A stretch of 64,000 nt of DNA from an uncultured Actinomycetota bacterium (GCA_963784165.1 CAWAQI010000001.1:381-64380); one strand, 5' to 3'. Counted from the first letter of the stretch, positions 37,537-47,323 are shown. The notes: a model not told the origin generated them from the letters alone. Numbers and translations: made by a program.

Positions 37537-39217
37537 ATGCACCCTGCATCCGTGGAACCGCTTCCTCGTGCCGTGCGGCTGGCCGCGGCCGCCGTCGGCC
37601 GGCGCTGGAAGCTGCCGCCGGCGACCGGGGAGGTCGGCGTGCTCCGCGACGTGGCGGTCCCCATGCGCGACGGCGCCGTCCTGCGCGCCGACGTCTACCT
37701 GCCGGCCTCGGGCGAGCAGCACCCGACCGTGCTGCTGCGCTCTCCCTACCGCCGCAGCGGCGGGTTCCCGGCGCTGTTCGCCCTGCCGTACGCGGCGCGC
37801 GGTTACGCGGTCGTGGTGCAGAGCGTCCGCGGCACGTTCGGCTCCGAGGGCGAGTTCCAGCCCGTGGTCAACGAGGAGCACGACGGGCAGGACACCGTCG
37901 GCTGGCTGCGCGAGCAGCCCTGGTGGGACGGCCGGCTCGCCACGCTCGGCCCCAGCTACCTCGGGTACACCCAGTGGGCGCTCGCCCTCGACCCGCCGCC
38001 GGAGCTGGCGGCGATGGTGGTGCACATCGGCCCGCACGACCTCGCCGCCGCAGGCCTGGTCGACGGCTCCTTCCAGCTGCAGAACGTGGCCACCTGGACC
38101 GAGCTGATCGCGCACCAGGAGCTGTTCGGCCCGGTGCGCGGCACGGCCCGCCTGCTGACCGCGGAGCGCCGGCTGGCCCCGCACCTGCAGCGGCTGCCGG
38201 TCCGGGGGCTGCCCGAGCGGCTGGGCGGCAACCCGGCGCCGTGGTTCGACGAGTGGCTCGACCATCCCGACCTGTCCGACCCCTACTGGGACCGCTACCG
38301 CGCCACCCCGGCCGTGCACTCCTCGACCGTGCCCACGATGCTGGTCGGCGGCTGGCAGGACTGGTTCCTCGAACAGACGCTGTACCAGTACGCCGTCCTC
38401 CGCGACCGCGGCGTCGACGTCGGTCTCACGGTCGGCCCGTGGACGCACCTGGGCATCGATCCGAAGGTGACCACGGCCGAGAGCCTGGCCTGGCTCGCTA
38501 CCCACGTCCCGGTCGACGGCGCGGCGACCGTGCCGCACCGCCCCGACCGGGTGCGCGTCTACGCCACCGGCGCCAACCAGTGGCGCGGCATGGCCGACTG
38601 GCCGCCGGCCGACCGCGGCCAACGCACCTGGTTCCTGCACCCCGGCGGGGGCCTGTCCGACGACGAGCCACCGCAGGACGGCGGGACGACGGACTTCCGC
38701 TACGACCCGATGGATCCCACCCCGTCGGTCGGCGGCCGGGTGCTCAGCTTCCGCGCGGGTCGCCGCGACAACCGGCGGCTCGAGGCGCGGGACGACGTCC
38801 GCACCTTCACGACGGCGCCGCTGGACGCCCCGGTCGAGCTGCTCGGCGCCGCGCGGATCCGCCTGTGCCTGACGTCCGACAACCCGTACGCCGACGTCTT
38901 CGTCCGGCTGTGCGACGTCGACGAGCGCGGCCGCTCGGTCAACGTCACCGACCGGCTGGTCCGGCTCGACCCGGCAGAGGGGGAGACCCCGCCGACCGGC
39001 GAACGGCTCGTCGAGGTGACGCTGCCCGACATCGCGCACCGGTTCCTGCGCCGGGCACCGCATCCGCCTGCAGGTCTCCGGCGGCGCCCACCCGCGCTAC
39101 GCGCGCAACCTCGGCACCGGCGAGCCGCTCGGCTCCGCCACGCACGGCGAGCCGGTCACCCACCGGATCGGGCACTCGGTCGGCTCGCCGTCGTCGGTCA
39201 CGCTGCCGGTCGGTTGA
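37537..39217 (+). CDS. CocE/NonD family serine hydrolase (frameshift at ~39050)
   Basis: VPMRDG.VL.ADVY.P, RSPY, RG.FGSEG, DG.DTV.W, G.SYLG..QW, GGW.D, GPWTH, YDP.DPTP..GG, HRIRLQVSGG.HPRYARN.GTG in the shifted frame. Confidence 0.9.
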
Positions 39218-39221
39218 CCGG

Positions 39222-40109
39222 TCACTCGGCGGGCGGTTGGGCGCCGACCACGCCCGCGACCACCGCCGCGGCCGCGTGCCCGGCGCGGACGGCGTCCGTC
39301 ACCGCGGCTCCCGGCTCGCCAGCCGGCCAGCACGCCGGCGGCGAAGGCGTCGCCGCAGCCGGTGGTGTCGCGCAGCCCGCCGTCCGGCAGCGGATCGACG
39401 GGCACCTCGACGCTGCCGCCCCGCCACAGCACCCGGGTCGGCCGGGCACCGGCGTGCACGAACATCCCGCCCGGTCTCGACCTCGCCGAGTGCGGCGGCC
39501 TCGGCGGCGTTGCAGAACAGCACGTCCGCACGAAGTTCGGCGAGCAGTGCCGCGTACCGCCGCGCCCCGTGCGCCTCGATCCGGGACGCCGCAGCGACGT
39601 CGGCGCTGACCGGCACTCCGGCCTCTCGCGCGAGCTCGGCGGCCCGCACCAGCACCTCCGGGTAGCGCAGCAGGTCGTAGCCGTCGAGGTGCAGTGCGGC
39701 CGCGCCGGCCAGCCACTCGGGACGGACGTCGTCCGGCTCGAGGCCGCCCTCGCCGCCGTCGCTGAGCAGCGTCCGTTCGCCGTCGGGGTGCACGAGCACG
39801 GTGGAGACCGGCGTCCGGCCGCGGCGCACCACGGCCGTCTCGATCACCTCGCTCCGCCAGCCCGGCGAGCAGCTCGTCGGCGAGCGGGTCGGCGCCGGCC
39901 CAGCCGGCGAGCCGCGCCGGAACGCCGAGGCGGGCCAGAGTCGCCGTCACGTTGGCCGGCGCCCCGCCCGCGGTCGTCGTCCGCACCACCCGCTGCTGCC
40001 CGCCGACCACCAGCGGAGCGGACAACTGCAGCACCTGGTCGGCCACCAGCTTGCCCAGCGCCACGACCGGTCCGTGCCCCGCCGGCCGGGGCCAGCCGAC
40101 GTCCGCCAC
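39222..40109 (-). CDS. PfkB family carbohydrate kinase (several frameshifts)
   Basis: GGAPANV..TLARLG, G.DP, PDGERT, N..EA, DTTGCGDAF.AG spread over three frames. Confidence 0.8.
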   Translation of the reverse strand: MADVGWPRPAGHGPVVALGKLVADQVLQLSAPLVVGGQQRVVRTTTAGGAPANVTATLARLGVPARLAGWAGADPLADELLAGLAERGDRDGRGAPRPDAGLHRARAPRRRTDAAQRRRRGRPRAGRRPSRVAGRRGRTAPRRLRPAALPGGAGAGRRARARGRSAGQRRRRCGVPDRGARGAAVRGTARRTSCGRAVLQRRRGRRTRRGRDRAGCSCTPVPGRPGCCGGAAASRCPSIRCRTAGCATPPAAATPSPPACWPAGEPGAAVTDAVRAGHAAAAVVAGVVGAQPPAE

Positions 40110-40112
40110 CGC

Positions 40113-40596
40113 TCACTGCCCTTCGATCCGGCGCCCGCCGCGGATCCGCACCCCGGCACCCCAGCGGCTGGCGGTCGGGACGTCGTCGGCGGCGTACCGC
40201 TCGCCGGTGTCGATCGCCTCGACGTCCGACCACGCCGGCCCGACGCCGAACCGCACGACGTCGTCCAGGTCGCCGGTCAGCTCGACGGCACACGCGGTGG
40301 TCAGCTCGTCGTCGTCGGCGAAGCGGCCGGTGACCTCGACGGTGATCCGGTCGCCGGGCGCCGTGCCGTGGATCCTGTGTTCCTTGCCGAACTTCCCGGC
40401 CGCCGACTCGTCGAGGAACGTGCCGTCCGCCGCGACCACCTCGACCCGGCACGCGACACCTTCGGTGATCCCCATCCCGCGGCCAGGTCCGTGCAGCACC
40501 CGCAGCGTGCCGCCGAGGCCGCTGTCGGCGAAGCGGACCGTCGTCGCCGGCGGTGTAGTCGTACGGGTACTTGCCGGGCTTCCGTCGCCGTCCCAT
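40113..40596 (-). CDS. Hypothetical protein (probable frameshift near the 5' end)
   Basis: GGAGGGAG RBS before ATG 40596 (MGRRRKPGKYPYDY), then protein-like VRFADSGLGG...TGRFADDDELT... in the adjacent frame. Confidence 0.5.
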
Positions 40597-40656
40597 GTCG
40601 CTCCCTCCACCACGGGCTGTCCGCAGTGTGCCGAGGAACTGGCAGGCTCGGGCGGC

Positions 40657-41971
40657 ATGCGGCCTGAACTCGTCGACCTGCTCGAGAGGCTCCGCAGCTC
40701 CGCGCTGCGGCAGATCGTCGACGCCGCCGACCTCGACGGCGAGCCACCGCAGCCCGAGCCCGACGTCGTCGAGCCGTACCGGTGGTTCGTGGCGCGTCTC
40801 GGCGACGGCGTCAAGCTCACCGCAGCCGGCTACCTGCCGCCGGCGATGGTTCTCGAGACGATGCGCGCCCTGGGGTGGGACGCCGACTGGATCGGCGCCG
40901 GCAATCGAGAAGACCTCACCCGCCCCGTCGCCGAGCTCCGCGACACCGCCCGCCGGCTCGGCCTGGTGCGCGTCCACCGCAACGAGCTGCGCCCGACGAC
41001 CGTCGGCCGGCGGCTGGCCGAGGACCCGGTCGGGCTCTGGCGACACATCGCCGGACGGCTGCCCCTCGGCCGCGACGAGGCGGACCGGATCGCCGGCCTG
41101 CTCTGGTTGCTCGGCATCGCAGCCGGGCGTCCGCATCCCGAGGACGCCGTCGCCGAGGGCATGAGCGCGCTCGGCTGGGTGTCCGGCCGTACCGGGGCGC
41201 CGCTGAACAGTCACCAGGCGTTCGCACTCGTCCGGGACACCACCGTGGGCCGTCTTCGACCGGCTCGGTCTCCGCGGCACGTGGCGTGACCGCGACCGAC
41301 CGCCGGCGCCGTCCGCCGTCGCCCTGGCCCGTGCCGCGCTGCTGCACGAGGAGCCGCCGGCTCCGGCGAAGGTGGTGCCGGCGGTCGAGCTGACCATCAC
41401 CCTCCGGGACGTCGACCCGCCGGTCTGGCGCCGCCTCGTCGTTCCGGAGCGAGCCACGCTGCGCGACCTGGAGGGGTTGCTGCTGGCCGTCATGGGCTGG
41501 CGGGGCACGCACCTGTCGATGTTCGAGCTCGACGGCCGCTCCTACGGCGAGGTCGAGGACATGGACGAACTCGGTGATCCCCGGCGCGTCCGCCTCGAGT
41601 CGGTTCCCGACGGAACGGTGTTCCGCTGGGACTACGACTTCGGCGACGGTTGGGAGCACGACGTCCGCGTGGAGGGACGACGGAACGCCGAGGCGCCCAC
41701 CTGCGTGGCCGGTGCCGGCGCGTGTCCGCCCGAGGACAGCGGTGGGCCTTCCGGCTACGAGAGGCTGCGGAAGGTGCTTGCAGATCCTCGGCATCCCGAG
41801 CACGCCGACGCGGTCGCGTGGCTGGGACGCCCTCTCGAGCCCGACCGGTTCGACCCGGCCGAGGCCACGCGACAGCCTGCGACGGCTATCGCCGCGAAAG
41901 GAACGATAAGACGCCCCGCGCGATCTCGCCGCGGGCCCAACGTGGCCTTATCGTCGGGAAATCAACCATAA
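40657..41971 (+). CDS. Plasmid pRiA4b ORF-3 family protein with N-terminal helical domain (frameshift at ~41245)
   Basis: N-terminal part PYRWF..RLG.GVKLTAAGYLPP...GNRE; C-terminal part PPVWRRLVVP, MGW...HL..F, YDFGDGWEH, GACPPEDSGG..GY; the linker WAVFDRLGLRG...VVPAVELTI is open once one indel is corrected. Confidence 0.78.
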
Positions 41972-42031
41972 AGGGGTGTGTCGCGTTCCGCACGAGGCTG
42001 CGCAGCCCTTATCGTCACCATTTCCACGATA
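41887..42031. promoter_or_regulatory. Three HipB-type operators TATCG-N12-CGATA at 41887, 41949 and 42010
   Basis: Sites 1 and 3 are perfect; site 2 has CCATA; spacing 62/61 bp; the last site abuts the AAGGAGG RBS. Confidence 0.78.
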
Positions 42032-42041
42032 AGGAGGCGGG

Positions 42042-42335
42042 ATGTCGGTTCCCAGCGGCCCACGGCGCCGCCACAAGGATGACCTGAGCGACGCCGCACG
42101 GCTGGTCACGGATCGGCGGCTCGCGCTGGGCCTCACCCAGGCTGAGCTCGCCGACCTCGCCGGCGTCGGCCTCTCGTCCGTGCGCACGCTCGAGGCCGGT
42201 TCCGATGCGATGACGTTGACCGTGGTGATCGCTGTTCTCGATGCGCTGGGCCTCGCGGTGGCCGTCGGCCCCCGGCCGGTCCTGCACGCCGTGCCGGAGG
42301 CCGTCGTCCTCGGACCGACCCCGCCTACCCGATGA
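42042..42335 (+). CDS. hipB: HipB-like XRE HTH antitoxin
   Basis: RRLALGLTQAELADLAGVGLSSVRTLEAG...VLDALGL; directly upstream of HipA. Confidence 0.82.
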   Translation: MSVPSGPRRRHKDDLSDAARLVTDRRLALGLTQAELADLAGVGLSSVRTLEAGSDAMTLTVVIAVLDALGLAVAVGPRPVLHAVPEAVVLGPTPPTR

Positions 42336-42342
42336 GCCGTCG

Positions 42343-43590
42343 ATGAGTGCCCCGGCCGTGGCCGACCTGGTCTCCGTCGAGGAGGCCGACGTCTACAAGG
42401 CGGGCCGTCTGGCGGGCCGGCTGCGCCGGGACGGCGACGACGTGGTGTTCGGCTACACGGACGACTACCTGTCCGAGGCGGGGGCGCCGGCTGTCGCGGT
42501 GACGCTGCCCAAGCGCGCCGAACCGGTGCGTGCCACCGCTGGGGCAGTGCCCCCGTTCTTCGCCGGGCTGCTCCCGGAGGGGGCACGGTTGCAGGCGGTC
42601 ACCGCGGTTGCCCGCACGTCCGCCGACGACCACCTCACCCTGCTGCTGGTCGTTGGCTCCGACGCGATCGGGGACGTGCAGGTGCTCCCGGCCGGTGCAC
42701 CGCCGGCGGATCCACCTGCGCTGCTCGACCCGTCGCAGGCCGGGACGATCGACTTCGCGGAGGTCTTCGCCCGCGCCACGTCCACCGACCCCGACCAGCT
42801 GGACCGGGTGGCGCTGCCCGGGGTGCAGGTGAAGGTCTCGGCGGCGATGATCTCCGCGCGGGCGGGACGACGGGCCGGTCCTGCGATCCTGAAGCTCAAC
42901 CCCGACGGCTATCCGCATCTGGTGGAGAACGAGCACTTCTTCCTGGGGCTGGCCGGCGCGTGTGGGCTGACCGTGCCGAACCACCAGCTGCTGCCCGACC
43001 GCGCCGGTCGGCTGGGGCTGCTCGTCGAGCGGTTCGACCGCGTGGTCGTCCCCGATGTGCCACTCCGCCGACTCGCGCAGGAGGACGCCTGCCAGGTGCT
43101 CGGCCGGTATCCGGCGGCGAAGTACCGGCTCACCTTCCAGGAGGTGGCCGCAGGTCTGGCAGGGGCGGTCGAGGTGGCCGGGGGATCGCGGCCGCTGGCG
43201 CTGCGGCGCCTGCTGGAGACAGCCGCGTTCAGCTACGTCATCGGCAACGGCGACCTGCACGGGAAGAACCTGTCGATCCGCCAGGGGCCGTCCGATCTCT
43301 GGGAGGTGACACCCGCGTACGACCTGGTGTCCACCCAGCCCTACCTGGGCTGGCAGGACCCGATGTCGCTGCCGATGTACGGGCGGGCGAACCGCCTCAC
43401 CCGCCGCTGGTGGCTCGACGCCGCGCAGCGCCTCGGCCTCGCCGAGCGGGCCTTGACCCGGTCGCTGGATCGGATCGTCGCCGGCAGCCGGGCAGGCTCG
43501 GAACGGCTGCACGAGATCGGGTTCGACGAGCCGACTACCGACCGGCTGCGTGACCTGATCGTCGCGCGGTGCGACGAGCTCGCCGGCTGA
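42343..43590 (+). CDS. hipA: HipA family kinase toxin with N-terminal HipA_couple domain
   Basis: VPPFFAGLLPEG, D.IG.V, LPGVQ.K, ILK, ENE, LLVERFDR, EDACQ, GNGDLHGKN, PAYD. Confidence 0.92.
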   Translation: MSAPAVADLVSVEEADVYKAGRLAGRLRRDGDDVVFGYTDDYLSEAGAPAVAVTLPKRAEPVRATAGAVPPFFAGLLPEGARLQAVTAVARTSADDHLTLLLVVGSDAIGDVQVLPAGAPPADPPALLDPSQAGTIDFAEVFARATSTDPDQLDRVALPGVQVKVSAAMISARAGRRAGPAILKLNPDGYPHLVENEHFFLGLAGACGLTVPNHQLLPDRAGRLGLLVERFDRVVVPDVPLRRLAQEDACQVLGRYPAAKYRLTFQEVAAGLAGAVEVAGGSRPLALRRLLETAAFSYVIGNGDLHGKNLSIRQGPSDLWEVTPAYDLVSTQPYLGWQDPMSLPMYGRANRLTRRWWLDAAQRLGLAERALTRSLDRIVAGSRAGSERLHEIGFDEPTTDRLRDLIVARCDELAG

Positions 43591-43842
43591 CCTCTCCGCG
43601 GTCGCCGTCCCCGACGAACCGCCGCAGCATTCCTCCCGGTGCCCTCGCCGATCACCGAGTCTGTCGAGATCCTCGCCGGCCCGCGTCATCCCGAGCGTTA
43701 CGACGCCGTCTTGGCACGCATGCGTCGCGCGAGAGTCGCTCCCCGCCGACGACAAGGAGCCGGCGATGTCAAGAGGCCCGATTGATCTGTGGACAAGTCC
43801 CTGACCTGGGGATTCGTGCTGCAGAACGCGCACCGCCGGCGG

Positions 43843-43863
43843 TACACTCGAACACCTGATCGA
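43843..43863 (+). promoter_or_regulatory. LexA (SOS) box TCGAAC-ACCT-GATCGA overlapping a TACACT -10 element
   Basis: One mismatch to the actinobacterial consensus TCGAAC-N4-GTTCGA; immediately 5' of the DUF222 gene. Confidence 0.7.
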
Positions 43864-43867
43864 ACCG

Positions 43868-45098
43868 GTGTCGGGAGGTGTCGTGGGCGAGCTGGCGTCG
43901 ACGCTGGACGCGCTGGGCGGGCTGGCCGCCGACGACCTGTTCGGGTTGTCCGATGCCGACCTGCTCGAGCGCACCCGTGGTCTGGTGCGCGCCCGCAACA
44001 TGCTCGACGCCGAACTGGCCCGCACCACCCGCCGCGCCGAACTCGCCCAGGCCGCCGAGCACGACGGGCTGAAGTCGATGAAATCCTGGCTGCGCTCGCA
44101 CGGCCGGCTGTCTGGGTCGGCGGTCACCAGCCTGGTCAAGGCCGGCCGGGTGCAGGAGCACCTGCCGGCGGTCGCCGCCGCGTGCGCGGCCGGGCACATC
44201 ACCGCCGACCAGGTCGAGGTGCTCGCCCAGATCACCACCCCCGAGGCGCTGGACAAGGCCACGGCCGCCGGGATCGACCTGGCCGCGATCGAGGCCGCGT
44301 TCGTCGCGGTCGCGGTCGAAGCCCCGCACCGGGACCTGCAGAAGGCCGTCGGCGCCTACCTGGCCGCACTCGACCCCGACGGCCCCGAACCCGACCCCAC
44401 CGAGGGCCGGTCCCTGTCGATCGTCCAGCACTCCGACGGGACGTTCACCGGCGGCTTCAGCGCTCGATCTGGTCGGCGGCGAGAAGGTGGCCACCGCGCT
44501 GGAGTCGATCGCGGCGAAGAGCCGCTGCCCCGGCGATGACCGCACCCGCGCGCAGCGCCTCGGCGACGCGCTGGTCCAGCTGGCCGACCTGTACCTGGCC
44601 TCCGGTGAGCTCCCGGTGCTGCGCACCGTCAAGCCGCATGTCGGGGTGCTGATCGGCATCGAGGACCTGGTCGACCCCGCCCCGGGCCTCGGGGCGGGCA
44701 CCACCGCCCTCGGGTCGGCGATCTCCGCCGCCCGGGTGCGGATGCTGGCCTGCGACGGCAACGTCACCCGCATCGTCATCGGCCCCGACTCGGTGCCCAT
44801 GGACCTGGGCCGCACCCACCGGGTCGTCCCGCCCCACCTGCGCCGCGCGGTCGAACTCCGCGACCAGACCTGCATCTTCACCGGCTGCCAGGCACCGGCC
44901 TGGTGGTGCGACGTCCATCATGTTCTGCACTGGGCCGACGGCGGGGAGACCTGCCTGGAGAACTCCGCGCTGCTGTGCGAGCGCCACCATACGAAGGTCC
45001 ACCACGGCTTCCGGATCGAACGAGATCCCCACGGCCGATGGCACACCTACCGCCCCGACGGCACCGAGATCCTCGTCGGGGTACCGCTACTCCGGTGA
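43868..45098 (+). CDS. DUF222 + HNH endonuclease (13E12-repeat family; frameshift at ~44460)
   Basis: LDPDGPEP, D.RT.AQR..DAL, R.LACD, DLGR, RD..C.F.GC...WCDVHH..HW.DGG.T...N.ALLC.RHH..VH. Confidence 0.9.
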
Positions 45099-45125
45099 AC
45101 GTGAGCTACCGACGCCGCGCGTACG

Positions 45126-46029
45126 TCAGGGCATGCCGGCGTGCGGGACGGCGACCTCCGTCGTCACCAGCACCGCCTCGCGGACCGGTGCCCGCGTGTG
45201 CTCGTAGAAGTCCGGCGCGCAGCACATCAGCAGCGTGCGGCCGTCGTCGCCACCGAGCGCGCACGCGTACACGCCCATCCCGCCCGGCGCGGTGATCTCG
45301 TCGACGATGCGCGCCGCCCGGCGCGATCCGGACCACCCGGTTGCCGAACCCGTCGGCGCACCAGATGTGGCCCTCGGCGTCCAGCGTGCAGCCGTCCGGG
45401 GCGACGACGATCTGGGTCAGCAATTCCTCGGTCGAGCCCCCGACCGGTTCCGGTCCGAGTTCCGCCCACACCCGCCGGTTGGTCAGCGAGCCGTCTGCCG
45501 CGATGTCGAAGGCGCTGTAGCGGTTGCCCCACGTCTCGCCGACGATCAGCGTTCCGCCGTCCGGAGTGATCACCGAGCCGTTCGGGAACCGCAGCCCCTC
45601 GGCGACGACGGTGACCGTGCCGTCCGGGTCCACCCGCTTCACCGACGCCGACGCCGGCGCTCCGCCGCCCATGAGGTCGAAGCCGAAGTCGCCGACGAAG
45701 GCCCGGCCGGAGGCGTCGACCACCATGTCGTTCAGGTAGCCGCCGCAGACGTCCGAGAGGTCGGCGTGCGTCGACACCTCGCCGTCCGCAACGCGGAGCA
45801 GGCGCTGGTCCTTCATCGACACCACGAGCAGCGAGCCGTCCGGCAGCCAGCCGAGCCCCGACGGCTGGTTCTCCACCTCGAGCACGACGGTCTCGGCGCC
45901 GCCCGACGCCGGCACCCGGCTGACGGTGTGGCGGTAGAAGTCCGACACCCACCACTCGCCGTCGTGCCACCGCGGGCCCTCGAAGTAGCTGCCGCCCTCG
46001 AGCACCGTCGTGAACTGCCGATCTGCCAT
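45126..46029 (-). CDS. SMP-30/gluconolactonase/LRE family protein (frameshift at ~45315)
   Basis: FEGPRWHDG..W.SD, PSGLGWLPDG, LNDMVVD, FPNG..ITPDG, PDG..LDAEG.IW; C-terminal ACALGG.DGRTL in the shifted frame. Confidence 0.88.
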
Positions 46030-46091
46030 GGCCAGCGACGCTACGGGTGTTCGCTGGCTTCGACGAGCGGACGAGCGTCGTCGGAGCGGAC

Positions 46092-46468
46092 TCAGGCCCA
46101 GGCTTCGGTGCTCGCGCCAGGCGCGCGGCGATCGGCTCGACGTCGTCGAGTTCGCCCACGGCAACCGCCATCACGAGTTCGTACGCGTCGTCATTCGACA
46201 GCGTGAGCCGGAGCCCGTTGAGGCCGAAGAACGCGATCGTCGCCGCCAGCGCCAGACGTTTGTTGCCGTCCACCAGCGCCTGGCTGCGGGCCAGCGAATG
46301 GAGGAGGGCGGCGCCCTTGCCGTGGACGGTCGGATAGGCGTCCTCGCCGAACGCCGTCGCGCGTGGTCTGGCCAGCGCGGACTCGAGGAGCCCGACGTCG
46401 CGTACCCGCACGTCACCGAGCGTGCGAGCCGCCACGTGCAGCAGGTCGTCGAGATCGAGGTAGATCAC
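46092..46468 (-). CDS. doc: Doc (Fic-family) toxin, copy 1; motif His replaced by Gln; 3' end uncertain
   Basis: VRD.GLLESALARP...FG.DAYP....K.AALLHSL...QALVDGNKR; GTGA coupling with the antitoxin. Confidence 0.82.
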
Positions 46469-46668
46469 TGGCCAAGGCGCTCGAGCGCTTCGGCATAGCG
46501 GGGCAGCTCGTCGTCGAGCACGCGGTCGAGCAGCTCCCGCTTGCTGGTGCGCTCGACGTACTCCCGCACCGCCTGCCGGGCCACCTCCTGCATGGAGCGC
46601 CCCTCGAGTTCCGCCCTGCGCCGCAGGGCCTCGGTCTCCTGTTCGTCCAGGCGGAGAGTCATGGCCAC
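46465..46668 (-). CDS. CopG/RHH antitoxin, copy 1
   Basis: MAMTLRL...E.EALR.RA..EGRSMQEVAR.AV.EY...YAEALERLG; TGATACCA direct repeats at 46676 and 46688 upstream. Confidence 0.88.
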   Translation of the reverse strand: MAMTLRLDEQETEALRRRAELEGRSMQEVARQAVREYVERTSKRELLDRVLDDELPRYAEALERLGQ

Positions 46669-46798
46669 CGTCGGATGATACCAAGACTGATACCACTTCG
46701 ACGAACGCCGAGGACCCGCGGACGGGACGTCCTGCCCTGGTCGGGATGCCCCCGGCGTTCCTAGCGTCGGCGGGGGAGCGACCGGACAGGGGGGCGAC

Positions 46799-46990
46799 GT
46801 GAAGGATCAAGGCAAGACAAGGACACAGGGTGGCGGCGGTAGCCCGGTCTACGGGCTGGGCTTCATCGGGGCCGTGGCCTGGTTCTGGAAGCAGGCGGAC
46901 GAACCCAAGGAGAAGGCCATCGCCGTGCTCAAGGCGCTGGTCTGGCCCGCCTTCCTCGTCCACGCCGCGTTCAAGGCCCTCGATCGCTGA
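46799..46990 (+). CDS. Small membrane protein, copy 1
   Basis: GG..VYGLGFIGA..WFW.QA...LKALVWPAFLV; identical protein in both copies. Confidence 0.75.
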   Translation: MKDQGKTRTQGGGGSPVYGLGFIGAVAWFWKQADEPKEKAIAVLKALVWPAFLVHAAFKALDR

Positions 46991-47078
46991 CCTGATGGTG
47001 TGACCCGCGCGGGCACGTGGTTGAGGTGGCGCGCGTTAGGGCACTCAAGAGGTCAATCGACCATCAAGGAGGCCGACC

Positions 47079-47246
47079 ATGGCAGGCATGTTCAAGAAGA
47101 TCCTGACGTCCGCAGTCGCGGCGAAGGTGATCCAGGAAGCCCGCAAGCCGCAGAACCAGCAGAAGATCAAGGACTTCGTCGCCCAGATGCAGGCGAAGCG
47201 CAAGGGTGCCGCCCCCGGGCGCACCAAGCCCGGCACCCACCACTGA
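47079..47246 (+). CDS. Small basic protein (55 aa), copy 1
   Basis: AAGGAGG RBS, MAGMFKKILTSAVAAKVIQEARKPQNQQKIKDFV..., followed by a strong hairpin; frame conserved in copy 2; below the ORF-track cut-off. Confidence 0.75.
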   Translation: MAGMFKKILTSAVAAKVIQEARKPQNQQKIKDFVAQMQAKRKGAAPGRTKPGTHH

Positions 47247-47257
47247 GCCACCCGTCG

Positions 47258-47301
47258 ACGGCCCCGCGCCCCCGGACACACGTCCGGGGGCGCGGGGCCG
47301 T
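47258..47301 (+). terminator. Perfect GC-rich hairpin (20-bp stem); also present in copy 2 at ~50895-50938
   Basis: ACGGCCCCGCGCCCCCGGAC-ACAC-GTCCGGGGGCGCGGGGCCGT. Confidence 0.75.
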
Positions 47302-47323
47302 TCGCATGTAGTAGACCCACCTC

